From the NCBI GenBank assembly GCA_030167865.1, contig JALAGF010000723.1:1-64000 (forward strand): a stretch of DNA of 64,000 bases, written 5' to 3'. Both the position numbers and the translations under genes were made by a program. Positions 37,501-48,203 of this stretch are shown in pieces. Positions within the stretch are counted from its first letter, which is position 1. Each line of letters opens with the position of its first letter. The notes below the pieces were generated by a model. That model worked only from the letters and a program-made list of their open reading frames with translations, did no database searches and was not told the DNA's origin. The stretch is from Craspedostauros australis. Lineage: Eukaryota.

Positions 37501-37581
37501 GTGCAGAGCAAGTACAAGGATGAGCTGTACACCCTGAAGCAGCGCATCAAGGATCTGGAAGAAGGTAAGGAGGAACAGTGA
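31573..37581 (+). CDS. Large coiled-coil protein (2002 aa, single exon) with a disordered basic/Ser-rich N-terminal ~590 aa
   Basis: Uninterrupted 6-kb ORF. About 1250 aa of E/Q/A/L/H-rich heptad-like sequence, an internal 72-aa duplication (35080 and 35296), and a short terminal coiled coil. Confidence 0.9.
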   Translation: MSKVDCPEALALAADHSRRRSSVAQRYLQNVQLKSPSSSSRRTSLKPSQIFGSNHSRSAIGPPLSVGKGVATSSLGDDANDDDDDDDEPKKQPEEQLKEEQSQEPANGPSAPQDASKVPTSTSSIKQRYLHGLQKQQKQQDSSKDKDHVSLLPKGGRGDKRTNQSNNGAARSPSKSSKDPHNHVGASSQSPEKNGKIERDADDTSFAGSQHSRSHRNDRCMQDPSPSPITLSTPTSKSASVSRKISKLSSPWLSAKPPLLSNKAGGDAQQGDDDDDDDDDGIVYLDWASAVGLPSKHSTPKQLSGSPLRPPRSSSRRRSGADDGSVSLNSADKKSGRRRSKQGKKKGGTGKSKKGKKSKAEDHDDDETKRNDGDQQQEEEEEEDLRSRTPSQRRAEAALALCRGSGHDKPAKTPSKSGARRRRLKGQSSSHREEDDPDTMVVTVPKLSGSRHSEKKLSTSLHKPLAVTSSDDDELDGSMSTLGTTASAASRIRRQMQQERAMLKGRSSLSTSKHNRDPLAMPSNHRNSNATNSNISNNNLRPSASALASPPKPQRATKSNGSRSPRKVITPLAQDRAITKHKDKAENADISNHPTVQQLQKRIQELEAEIGDLHHSHDVKLSSEVDAAKAQSQKQIDAMQTQHANEMAKMTESHQEVMEAQANKLQLLEEHKAESQQQYDEHANAMAALQEQLETVQQKLQASTLQNEELKAQHEESRQQEQQQHEAAIEALKAQHTRHASEMQEQLDVTQKELDAAAARQEERAKGDAEVAEKQKAEHEANLAAERASHAKALDVLQSKLDSALESADQLAQEKTKQESDHETTVAEQVQAHEEAVNAMTSQHDATVSEMQTQLTTVKQELDDLRETKNNGDAEHTNAMEKLRVDNEAAIASLLADHGETMSLLQTKLQVTQEELDQAKESNEEQTEQLSKFDEMQETQQRDHQTALQELEGSHTAALVSMQTELDSARQELEQLSIQQRDADDRHSEAIEQMETDRSTTQAAQEQEMQRQRSEYEKEKESIIASHAVALESMMTELQTVRDALQASQSDQSQQAAKHEAEIESLQQQLVQQAQERESATTELVRQHAEAYEALISEHASELSNLASQNDQSEMLESVKTKHEQALQDHEAQRKQLANEHESQIESIRGEHSESVAQLQQQLDDAKARHETTQQELHGLQTQSDNDNLQIQNDHESAIAKLENDLAEQRKAADEALHKVQAEHAAEVESLQRSLNAATAQHETTQKELHDLQTQSSDEKAQIANDHEAAVHRLENDLNEQQKGADEAVDKLRADHATQVESLQRCLDEMREAKEAQTQPQPQDFATDQLKSEHDNAMDSLRATFDEQQTELRSELESAQAERDANAAGMEDMKQEHEEKLISIKIQHEEELRRLQNELDQLREQHDAKLKAMADSETATKELEAELKTLQNQQENGSTDRGVPGESNDDDAQLQNQLEQARAQLDDVKTKLDEAHEAKLTALKEEHQQQVQTSQDEIADFADQKVAWKAQLEEQSRQLEEAAAMRATEEASSQRVVELEQQINEMEQFMEQIHANNAEQMRQLGDEVDGKDKTIEWMKLEESRREDEAKALQLKLQAAQDENDAEAASFEDKLKAVMSQLDSVTQENDTIASRHQQQLTELQEALSQQETTANDLQSTNADLQAELESTKRELESKMVAATSTTDESNGEANDATQPPKEEAGKEELQAAQQELAQLKEASETNESELQSKIAELENELHCVAEEQDESRGHLKSLSTSIAELQVENMDLKAKVAAAEKEREELEQQRRRQEEEAASKAKADGSISDASANGDNAPTKRDQSQSKNAAPDIQVNTDPHEGSPANELKDVKSEVEELEVQLALAKGRLAMLTADDDDHDDDDDNIDMFQDSAYDEELSHHDEIDDETKTENKRDPASRASSQDDLVQEAVVKKRHRSWMFGFGSSVESGESPTISPTTSPRSLMAENENLKSQLVKVQSKYKDELYTLKQRIKDLEEGKEEQ

Positions 37582-38410
37582 ACAGTGAATAGCGAGGAGA
37601 TCATTGGTTGGTTGGTTGGTTGGCGAACAGCACAAGCATCCGGGTAGAGTAGATCGTACGCGTACCAATAGATTAAAGAGAAAGAACAAGAATGCACTCA
37701 TGTGCAGGTAAGAATGCAAAACTATCACATCAGTGTCTTACGTATGTATAGCTCTCAGTATGGTGTTGGTATGGTGTTGTACCATCCATGCATATTGTAC
37801 AATATCATTCTCTCCTTCGAGTAGATTGCTACTCTCTAGTCTTGTGTTACGTACCATATTGATACTACTTATACTTTCATAGTGGTACTCACTAAGTGAA
37901 TCACGGGCGAAAGAGATTCCCCAACGGCGAATGACCGAACTCGGAGATTCGTTCGCGGTGCGCGCCGTTGGAAAAGAGCGAAGTTGAGCTTGCTGTTGCA
38001 CGAATGCCGAGCGTTACGCAACGGAGGCGACAACGGAGATGAGATGACCGCCTCGGACACCATGGAATTAGTATGGGTTCAATCTCCCAAAGTTTTGACA
38101 TGATGACTGGGATGCCGATGCTGTTGTGGCAACGTCAACACGTATGACCGTTCAACTTGTGGGCAACAGACAGCAAAAATGAGAGAAGAGGCAGGATGGC
38201 CTCTTGCGGATGTTCTAGATTCGAGTTCAAAATCGGATTTAACAATTTACAGATGCCATCTTGCATCTGATTGGAATGAAAGGTGAATTGTGTATGAATG
38301 GTATAGCGGGCGCTGGCTGTGCGCAGAGGAGGGATCAAAATTGGCTGTTGCTGCGTTGGTTGCTGCCCACGCTAGCTGTTGAACATGTGTCGCTCTTTGT
38401 GGGAGTGCGT

Positions 38411-40051
38411 TCAATGACTAGCGATTGGATGGGAGAGTCTGATCCCGTTGGAAATGTCGAGCTCGTCGCCAGCTTCATCGAACAAGCTGTGCTCCGGCTT
38501 CATGCGGACGAGCTGTGGGAAGGGGCGTCCTCCGAGGATCTCGCTGTCGTCCTCGTTGGCAGCTTCGTTGCTGTTTTGGTTATCGACCTCCGTGTCCATG
38601 GTGGAGTCGGTCTCGTAGTCGAAGTTGAGAGTGAAGTCCACCAGGGATGGCATGGAGGAGATGGGGCCGTCCAGGCCATCGCACTTGATCGGGTTGCTGG
38701 CCTTGATTGGGTTGAATGCGTAACCGACCGGCAGGGTGTTCTTGCGGAAGATGCTGAGCTGTTCGATGGGCGATGCCGTGCTGCTTGTGCTGGTGCTCAT
38801 ATTGCTGGCGTCCATGGCGCTGAAGCTCTTGCAGGTGCGGATGGGTGTCTCGAAGACGTACTGGGAGCTGTGCTCTCCGGTGGTCTCGGTGTCAGCCTGC
38901 TTGAGCTCGGCCATGAAGCCCATGTGGTCGTCGATGGTGCATTCGATGCCATCATCGTCGCCCTCGAAGAATGACTGGCAGGCGTCGATCTGGATGATGC
39001 AGGTGCTGTTGTCGTTGCGGTCGTCGGCGAGGACCTTGTCGAGGTCGAACTTGTGGAACTGCACAACCTCCGCACCGGCGATGTGGAAGGTGGCGCTGTT
39101 GTCATCGGCGTCGGCATCCTCGGTGGGGCCGAGGCCGTTGTGCTCCTCGAGATCGAAGCTGGTCGATTGGAGGGAGGCGGTGGACTGGGTCTCGAAGGTG
39201 GCGACCGTCATGGCAGCGCTCACGGGGCTCTCCCTGAGCTCCTCCATGAAGGCCGTTCGTGCGGAGGTGAGGTCCGCTCTCGTCTCGGCTGTCTTGTCGG
39301 CCTCTTCGTCGTTCTGCGCTGGCTGTGGGACTGCTGCTGCGTCTGTTGTTTGAGCGGCGTTGCCTGCGCCCCACGCGAACTGACCTGGTGCGAAGATCAC
39401 GGACAGCGGTCTCCACGGCTCTCCTGACTGGCCGTTGCAGTTGAAGTCGACGTTGCTGTCCACTGGGGTGCCGTCGCCAGCTGGATCCGCGTAGAGAGGG
39501 GAGTCGCTGTATGGGTAGTCGAATGGCGCCACCATGCTGTGCTCCTCAAGGTCTCTGAGGATGGCAGCGTCGTACTCGCTGTATGAGTCATCATCGGAGT
39601 CCTTGGACTCTTCGACTCCGTAGCTGCTGCGATCGATGAGGTGCACGGTTCTCTGGGTCTTCTGCCTCTGCTTCAGCGGCTTGGAGGTGGACACGGAGCT
39701 CTTCATGTGCGGCTCGCGGATGTCGTCATCCCCTGCGATGGTGTTGTCGAAGGGGGTGCTCTTGCAGGCGCTGTAGAGACCCTTCAGGATGTCATTCAGC
39801 ACGTTCTCCTTTGGCAGCTTCGGTCCTGAGGAGTTGTAGGCAGCGGTTCTGGGTCGGAAGATGTCCTGCTTGGAGGCTGGGACGTGCTTGGTGCCGCTGC
39901 TGCGCACCTTCTCGTACACCTGCTTCTGCACCTTGCGGCGTGGCTTGGTTGGAGCGACGGCGTTCATGGTGTCATCCATCGGCGACGATGATGATGACAG
40001 CTTGCTTGTGGAGGAGGTGTTCAGGGTTCCTGGGGCGAAGATGACCTGCAT
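38411..40051 (-). CDS. Hypothetical acidic, probably disordered protein (546 aa)
   Basis: Long ATG-initiated ORF with coding-type C/G third-position bias and an A/C-rich leader. No family recognised. Confidence 0.75.
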   Translation of the reverse strand: MQVIFAPGTLNTSSTSKLSSSSSPMDDTMNAVAPTKPRRKVQKQVYEKVRSSGTKHVPASKQDIFRPRTAAYNSSGPKLPKENVLNDILKGLYSACKSTPFDNTIAGDDDIREPHMKSSVSTSKPLKQRQKTQRTVHLIDRSSYGVEESKDSDDDSYSEYDAAILRDLEEHSMVAPFDYPYSDSPLYADPAGDGTPVDSNVDFNCNGQSGEPWRPLSVIFAPGQFAWGAGNAAQTTDAAAVPQPAQNDEEADKTAETRADLTSARTAFMEELRESPVSAAMTVATFETQSTASLQSTSFDLEEHNGLGPTEDADADDNSATFHIAGAEVVQFHKFDLDKVLADDRNDNSTCIIQIDACQSFFEGDDDGIECTIDDHMGFMAELKQADTETTGEHSSQYVFETPIRTCKSFSAMDASNMSTSTSSTASPIEQLSIFRKNTLPVGYAFNPIKASNPIKCDGLDGPISSMPSLVDFTLNFDYETDSTMDTEVDNQNSNEAANEDDSEILGGRPFPQLVRMKPEHSLFDEAGDELDISNGIRLSHPIASH

Positions 40052-41280
40052 GTTGTCTGTGTCTGTGTTTATACGTCGTTGATGAGATGGGATTGATTGG
40101 TGTCGGTTGGTGTCAGTTGGTCTGGTGATGTCAGTCTTCGGTTGTGCTTGTGGTTGCTGTTCTTGTGAATGTTGTTGCTGTGGGTGTTTGTTTTGTGACC
40201 TTTAGTTTTTGGCTTGTGGTTTGAATTGTGAGAGCATGGGAATGTCTCTCCACCTCTCTGTGTGACAATTGGTACAGTCAACAAAAAAGTAGGACCGGTT
40301 GATGTGCCTTTTTTGGCAACCGACGACTCCGCAAATTGGCACATCAAACCCCTCTTGTACACATGTGCAGTGTTCTTTTCGTCTCCCCCCGAAGGCACAA
40401 CCCCCTCGCACTTATTGAACTTCCACGTCAAGCTTCAACCAAAGGTGTTCTTTTTCTACGATCGCCATATCCGATACGACATTAACGAGCCAATCAAAAC
40501 TCCAACCGCCATTCCCACGATCGCAAGCCCGACCGTGCCTGTCTTGCCACGATCTTGGGATTGATACGGGCGTTAAAACGGTGTTATTCTGACGTTACAA
40601 GAAGCCTCTTAAATTTCATCCCCAAGCTCCCGCCAATTCCCGTAACTCAACGGAAACCAAATCGGAACCCTTCTTGTCCCCAACAAGAAGCGCTGAACGT
40701 TCCGCATGTCCGTCTTCGATCCATACGACCAGACTGATCTGCATGAGTTCGTGAATGCAATCGGTTTCAGTCAGCAGTGCACTCGTGACTCTGCAGACCT
40801 CGAAAAAAGAGATGTTGCCTCAAGATCGTGTGATCTGTTCTGTTCACAGAAATCTGTGGCACTTGTCGGGTGAGGTCTTCATCCCAGAATCGGCGCTCGT
40901 GTGGATGGGCGAAACAGAGTGATGTTTCCAGTCAACCCAACAGGTCCTTCTTTTGGGAAGAAAGTGCGAGTTGTGGGTACGACCTATGACACGACACAAG
41001 TGGAACAGAGCAGAACAGAGAAGAGTGCAGCAGAACTAAATGAGCGAAATGAAACACGCCTTGTCTTTCTGGAGAAAGAGCATGGTGTGGTACATCGAGG
41101 TGTATTGTACCATCATGTTGTATCATCGTAAAGTTCGAGTGAATGGACTAAGAGTGTTTGTATGTATAATACATTCGGCTGCCGCTAAGTGTGTTTTAAT
41201 GTACATCAGCCGGTTGGGTGCTGAGGCAGCGTCCTACGGATGCTCGTGACGAGCCGGGGATTCATCCAAGGCCGCCCTCG

Positions 41281-42714
41281 TCACAGGTTGTGTGCCTTCA
41301 TGATGTCTTCTGCGCCGTCGATCACGTCCTCCTTCAAGAAGAAGTCGATGTACTGGCGGAACTCATCATCGGCGTAATCTGGGAAGGCGCCACCGGTCCT
41401 CATGGCGTGGCCGTGCGAGGTCGAGTTTGCGTTCGCGTTCAAGTTGATGTTCATGGTGGTGGCCATGTTGCTGATTGTGTTGATGTGAGTGTTCGCATTG
41501 ATGCATGTGTTCACGGTCGCGTTCATACGATTGGAGTTATTGTTGCTGTTGCAGTTGGTGTTGTTCAGGCTGTTGCTGTTGTTCAGGCTGTTGCTGAAGT
41601 TGCTTACTGTGATGTCGTGGCTCAAGAAGGCTTGGCGTGGTCCCATGGACATGACGTCGATAGCGGACAGCTGCCCGAGGGGCATCATGGAATCCTGCTC
41701 CGACTCTGGGAGGTTCAGGCGCTGCGAGCAGTGGATGCGCGGCGAAGGCATTGAAGGTGCGTTGACATCGACGAATGGCATCAGCGGGCTCATGATATCG
41801 CCCGGCTGTCTGACGCTGCGGCTGCTGTTGAGGTTGGTGCTCTTGCTGATGTTGTTGTTACTGCTGCTGCTGATGCAGGACTTGACCGTGATGGGGTGCG
41901 TGTTCTCCCGCAAAGCACGGTTCAGCATCATCTGCTGGCAGTTGCCGTCGCCTGTGATCGTTTCGATGGAGGCGTCGTCATCCATCATGATATCGTTGTT
42001 GCTATGGTTGTTGTCGCCGTTGCTGCTGCCTCCGCTACTGCTGCTGGTGCTGCTGCTACTCCTCCTGCTGACCTGCGTGTCTCCGTCACTGTCGGCACCG
42101 GCGTCGCTGAAGTTCGCAAGAGCCGCGCGTGCTTCGGCAGCCGTCCGTATCGTGGGAGAATCCTTCGCCTTGGAGGGCTTGGAGCTTGCTGCGGATTGGC
42201 TCGACCTCCTGCGTCGGCGCGTGGGCTTGCTCGGAGTCGTGATGGAGGTTCTCTTGTCCTTGGTGGTCGCCTTGATGACGGAGAGATCTCGCAGGGCGTG
42301 CGCCACCTTCTCGCGGACCTTCACATCCTTGAGCGGGACGAAGCGGTTGCTCTTGTGCCTGTAGAATCGGCCTCCGGCGTCTTCGATAGAATGGATGATG
42401 GCTCCGATGATCAGGCCCTTCTCCGTCTTCGTCTGCGCGCTGAGGTATGCTGGTAGGTTCATGTTGATGGTGAGCCGGAAGCGTCTGTTGCCGACGTTGT
42501 TGAAGCACTTGGCGCTGCGTCCACAGAGGACGTCGTATTGATTCAGGCCTTCGACCACCGATTCGTTGGCTGTGGTGTCGATCTCGGCGGCAGGCGTCGT
42601 TGCCTGCAGTCGTCGTCGCCCGTTGCGTGCCTTGCTCTTGGATGCTGCTGCTGCTGCTCTGTTCATTGTGACTGTTGCTTTTGCTGCCGCTGTTACTGCT
42701 GGATTCTGTGTCAT
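41281..42714 (-). CDS. DUF6824-type domain protein, paralogue A (about 477 aa from MTQNP)
   Basis: YDVLCGR..KCFNNVGNRRFR...GGRFY...VREKVAHALRD, followed by Ser/Asn-rich low complexity. Start placed at the first in-frame ATG after an A/C-rich leader; the upstream ORF extension looks like 5'UTR. Confidence 0.8.
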   Translation of the reverse strand: MTQNPAVTAAAKATVTMNRAAAAASKSKARNGRRRLQATTPAAEIDTTANESVVEGLNQYDVLCGRSAKCFNNVGNRRFRLTINMNLPAYLSAQTKTEKGLIIGAIIHSIEDAGGRFYRHKSNRFVPLKDVKVREKVAHALRDLSVIKATTKDKRTSITTPSKPTRRRRRSSQSAASSKPSKAKDSPTIRTAAEARAALANFSDAGADSDGDTQVSRRSSSSTSSSSGGSSNGDNNHSNNDIMMDDDASIETITGDGNCQQMMLNRALRENTHPITVKSCISSSSNNNISKSTNLNSSRSVRQPGDIMSPLMPFVDVNAPSMPSPRIHCSQRLNLPESEQDSMMPLGQLSAIDVMSMGPRQAFLSHDITVSNFSNSLNNSNSLNNTNCNSNNNSNRMNATVNTCINANTHINTISNMATTMNINLNANANSTSHGHAMRTGGAFPDYADDEFRQYIDFFLKEDVIDGAEDIMKAHNL

Positions 42715-45700
42715 ATTGTCTGTGTCGTGGATGTGGATATGGATGTGGATGCAGATCTGTTGCTCTTGCTCTTGCGTTGATTGCGTTGTGTGTGGCAACG
42801 TGTGCTGTTGATGTGTGCGTGTGTTTGAATTGTGAGAGTTTGCAGATTGTGTGCTTTTGTGGATTTTGTGAGGATGGGAGAGCAGGGTGCGGGTCTGCGC
42901 TGTTGGGACCGTTCTTTCGCCTCGTTCCAATTTATTTTCGTGTTGTTTTACTGTGTATTGTGCGTGGTGCTCCTGTGCGAGTAAAACGCAAGGGCGCGAG
43001 TTTCCTGCCATGATCTGCGTAACGAGAAACACTTGCGGGTCTCTCTTCGCGCGTTGTTTTGCGTTGTTTTGCTTTGTTGGTTTTTGTTGGTGGCGATTTC
43101 AGCACTGTTGCGGTACCTCATGTCATGAGTTAGCCAGCAACAACAGATACGCAAAACGCGACCTCCCGTTGCGTGAGCGTTTTGTTTCTTCGAGCGCAGA
43201 CGTGAGGTAGTGGATGACTGCTGAGCAGGATTGTGAGCATTTTCGTGTGCACTTGCGGCCTTCATCAGACGTGCGATGGATGAATGGTCACAAACGTGCA
43301 GTTGTGACCACACAAGATGTCATTTTCTGTCATTTCGGCACTGTTTTTCGTCTGTTCCGACACTCGATCCTTGCACGTCTGTTGTTTACTTATGAGCCAT
43401 GACATCCATTGGTGACCAGGGCATCCCAGACACGGAGACTTGTGAGAGGTTTGGATTTTGGTCACAATTTCGTTCTCGACGCTGACTTCGCAAACACAGG
43501 CCGGACGCGATCTTGGCGTGTTCTTGTTGTCCGTTCCCACAGGCATTTGTTTCCGCAAGGATACCATACGATACGGATGAGGTATAGTCGTGTGGCACGC
43601 GCACGTCGCGAAAGGCGAAAAACGAATCGCCTCGTGTCGTGCGACATCGCTGTGAGAGGTTATTTTTTTGGTTTGTTTCTTCTCGCGTTGCTGCCTAATG
43701 GATTCTGGGCTCCCTCGGCTCTGAACAGGTTCGGACAAGTTGTGCAAGACGCCAGCAATCGTGGGACAAACTGCGGCGACAAGGGCGAGGTCGCGAACAT
43801 GATGCGCGAACGACAATGCCAACGAGCTTTGTCCACAGCCACATCACACGCATCACACACAACTGTCGGTGAGCGGATGTCGTGGCATATTGCCGAAGTG
43901 TGGTATGTGCTCGTAACCGAAGGGATCGACAGCGGACACGAAACCAGTCCCTTGGGAACATGAATGAAGCGTTCCTCGACCCGCTCATGCGTTCATCAGA
44001 TGGAGCATGAAGTACGCAGAAGCCGCAAGGCAAACGAATCATGACATACGACTCGACCACTGTCTTCCACAGCTGTACGATCTTATCCCATCCCGTGACA
44101 TGTCATGCTGTGAGTAGTGCTCTTTCGTGATGTTGTGAGGACACAAGCAGAAGAGCAAAGGCGGTCGATGGTGAGAAGGGAAGGGATGTTGTTCGTTCCA
44201 GAGAGAGAGGGAGGGGACCAGTTGCCGCTGCCTTCCCTTCGTTTAGCCTCCCCTGCTCTGTTGGAGTAGCTCTTGTTTCTATACATCCCTTGGTTACGAC
44301 ATGTTCATATCACTCTCGTCCACATGTATGAGATGGCCATGCTCAACAGAAGGGAGTAGAGTAGAGCAGAGCTGGGTATTGGTCGGGTAGTCCCACGTCT
44401 TTTTCTATCCCTGCGTGGCTATGTGAGGTGTCTGAGGCGGTTCCTTTTGTTGCCTCTGGTTCGGTGGCAGGTGCTCGTTGAGCAGAACAGAGCAGAGAGA
44501 AGGCAATACGATCGTCCCATACGTGAATGGTACAAGTACAATCCAATCAGCACCAGGGATGCGCTCCTCCGCCATCCTCTGCTCCGCTCTGCTGCTGTTG
44601 TGGATGAGATGATGGCACAAATGAACACAGGCGGCAACGAAGAACTCTCAGGTGAACGCACGACCCAAGAGCCACGGATGCGTGTCCACCAGCCCCATGC
44701 CTCAAATGATCATCGTCATCGCCAACGTTAGTACCACCAGCAACAAGAACAACAAGAACAACAGATACCAAGACATCATTCGTGCACTGGCATGACTACG
44801 AGTACGACCAGCGTTCCCTCTCAATTGTTCTCGTCCATCTCCATTCGCGTGGGCCGCAAGAGGCGGGTTCCAATCTGTCGTGATTTCACGACTCAACGAG
44901 GTGGCGCAGAGCAGAACGTTTCCAGCAATTCCCTCTCTCTCCCTTTTGGTCTTCCTGTTGCCGTTGTTGTTGTTGTTGGCGAAAACGGCGAACGGTTTGG
45001 AGCTGTTCTGTTCGCCCAAATGAATCTCACACGTCTCGAAAGTTGTGAGGCGAAGAGGACCTCTTGGCGAACCGTGCCAGCCATAAACCAGACAGGGTGT
45101 GCGTCTGGGTCTGAGTGACCGCACGGGCCGATTAGGCGAAACACAACACGCTGGGACAGAATCAGTGACACGATGATTATATGTACCACATCGGAGGAAT
45201 AGTCACAGTGACAGGCACAGTGACGCACACTTGGCCACAATAGCATTTCGACATTCGTCATGTGTTCGTCGCATCCCAGCCCAGGCGATCTCGCCCAGAG
45301 TCGCTTCCAAGGTGGCTCCACAAAACGGGATCGGCAATCGTTCAGCCAAAGGCTTGGCCGCGGTCACAGAATGGTCGCATAAGTGTGAACATGGTCCTCT
45401 TCGCTCCGTGATGTCGCTGTTGTCCCCCTGATCCTTTTCGAGCACTTGTTGTCGGTTGAGGCGCTTTCACAGTATCCGAATACCATCAGAAGGAGAGAGA
45501 GAGAGAGAAGGAAGGAATGGAGCGGAAGCGTTTGCTCCGTGCACTTTTGTTGTTGGGGCTGGTATCGCAGGGCCTCGGCACGTACGTACCTTGTACGGTG
45601 CGGGTGCTCTGCTCGATGCGCTGTCGCCGACTTGCTACGGTCATGATAGTAGCTCGTATCAAGAAAGGAACTGCCCATCCAGTAGCAATCATGGATTGGA

Positions 45701-48173
45701 TGGCGATGAACACAAGCACAGGTGGTTTCTCAATTTCTGCCAGGGACAGACAAAGCCTGTGCGGCTTTCCGATTGGAACCATTCGTCCATGGTGACAGGA
45801 AGCGATGTCGGAACCATGCCACCAGTACTCGAAGGTAGCAGACGCTCACGGCTTCACGACTGACATCGTACTGATCGCGCTCTGCGCGGGCTGGAATGCA
45901 ACGAATCCAAGAAGCTCGTGGAGAAGTGAAGAGAGAAGAGGATAGAGTACAAGCGCAACCACAAATGCAAGCATGAACACAGACAAGAAGTCCCAGGAAG
46001 CAGCGCAGCTCGGTAGAATGCGACACTCCGTTGGTGTGCCAAAACACAACGAGGGGCAGCAACACGAGCGGAGTGAAGCCAGCAACCGAAATGGCCCGCC
46101 CCTCGTTGGTGTGACCTCTTAGAATGGAAGCATTTGCGTGAAGTGCCCTTTCGCCGAGAAGGTATCATTCTCGACAATCGAGGCCTGCCGCTAATTTGAG
46201 ACGGCTCTATCGTCTCCGTCTCCGTCTTTCCCTTGACCATTTGTTGGCTTCTCTATTTGTTCCTTGAGTGTGGTCGATGCCTGCAGCTCCTACTTGTACA
46301 TACGCATGTATCCGTACGGGTATGTACCCGTACTTCCTCTATGTCGAGAGGCGGATAGGTTCACCTTCTATCAAGGAGAGGCAAGCAGCCGTTTGCAATG
46401 CTGCAAAAGCACGCTCAAAGAACAATGGAGAGCATGGTACTCGAGGAAACTTGTCCGCTTTGCTTTGCCGCATCCAATCCTGATGCTCTGGACTACGAAC
46501 TGTGAAAGAGCTGAGCACGTGTTCCAGTCCTCTTGCCCAGACATCCTCATGCCGTACACACTGAGCTTTGTTTGTGGGTGAGGCTCTTTTGTGCTCCGAA
46601 ACATACGAGCGACAAGAGTAAGTGTGGTCATTTCGCTGGTGTTTAGCATTTGGCAGACATGGTGAGGAAGCAGCGATTGTGACCTGTCTTGTATTTGTGG
46701 AACACAGGCACATTTGGTTCGGCTCGCCACGCTCGAGACCTGACAAGCCCGTGGAATGTCGGAGAGGCGCAGAACACTCTTGTCGCGAGTTGGTTCACTC
46801 CACGCGACGGACAACCAAGTACTCTACTATACAATATCTTTTCTACCTGAAGTACAGGGGCGTGGCGGCACTATGAGGGAGGACGCTTGCATACAAGTAT
46901 CGTACAGTTGTACTCGCGTGTACCATGGAGTGGCTGTTTTGGGGACTACGACACAAACTGCATTCTGCGGATGGTAAAAGCTCAGTTCGACTTTTCTTTT
47001 TCTTGTGGTTGTGACCAAAGAAGCCCGAAATGGGAAGGGGCATACTGATCCATCGTGACTAAGGTGCTTATGGCTATTGCGTGGCGAACACTTTCCTCCG
47101 CGAAGAATGCCAGTGACAAGCTGCAGGTGCTGCTCACATTTTCAGTCATCGACCTCGCAATACCGTTTTCTGTTTTTGCCTCGCAGCGTGCAACACAACA
47201 GCCTCCTCGTTTATCATCACACAAGGCATGATCAACGAGTACGGATTGTGGCCAAAGTCCGCGTGCGGCTTCGCGCGACCTGTGCTCCGTTTGCCCCTCC
47301 CTCGTATCACGCTCTGCCGCCACGGGCCTTTGGGATGAGACTCGCCCGCGCCGCACCAGAACATGTGAGCAAGATGTCCTCGCACCACAACTCGTACCTA
47401 CGTTCGGCCAGGGTGGATACTCCAAGATTCTGACAAGGAGCGCGCGACGTCGCCATGGCCAACAGACACAAGAGACCGAAGAGCCAACAGCGGAGGAAGA
47501 GAGACGTGCCTGGAGCGCGGGCAATCTCAGAGAGGGCAAGGGTGAAGGGCCGCGCGGCGTAGCGCATCCGAATCCCTCGTTGGATTTGAATTGCTGTGCG
47601 TGCTGACAGAGAAAAAATGGTATGCGCCTTTGGGGAAACACACATGGCTGGAGCGGGGAGAGCCAATACCGTTTTTGGATGGCTCCTCTCTTTTCTCCAG
47701 TTCTGCCATTTTCCTGTGTTCTTACGTTCCTGTAGTGCGGCCTATGGTCATCATTCCCCTTGATTTCTGTCTGGCACGGTCGGATTCTTTTCCGCACACA
47801 GCATCTTCAGGTCCATGAGGATTCATGTGACAGTAGTTCTTGTGGAAAAGTTGATAGCCCCAACTGTGAAAGATCTCAGGGATCTTCGTCCCAGGCAGAG
47901 ATACAACTAACAGGGCGAAACAGGCGCGTCCATACCACACATACGCGTACTCGGAGGCGACCGTAGATTGAGGCTCGTCGCTGGTCACTCGCGGCTTCAT
48001 TGCATGTAGGAGTACGGACGTGCGATTTGGAAAGAAAAATCCACCGCCGCCAATTGCTTTGCGTGTTCTATCAATTGACTCTCTGTCTATCAGGCATGCT
48101 CATCAAGTGGCTCGTATAATAGCGCTCGTAATGCAGTAGACGGTAGCTTTTGGGATGGTGATGTTGTGTCGAC

Positions 48174-48203
48174 ATGGTATGGTATGGTATGGTATGGTAT
48201 GGT
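48174..48203. repeat. (ATGGT)n pentanucleotide microsatellite
   Basis: Six copies read directly. Confidence 0.85.

Noticed and set aside
42975..42985. 11-mer GTGCGAGTAAA shared upstream of both DUF6824 paralogues (also 51412-51422)
   Set aside because: A single 11-mer at different distances from the two starts is within chance expectation.
42715..43032. N-terminal ORF extensions of the DUF6824 genes (also 50888-51343)
   Set aside because: A/C-rich, stop-poor leader sequence typical of 5'UTRs in this window; treated as non-coding, although the true starts are unverified.
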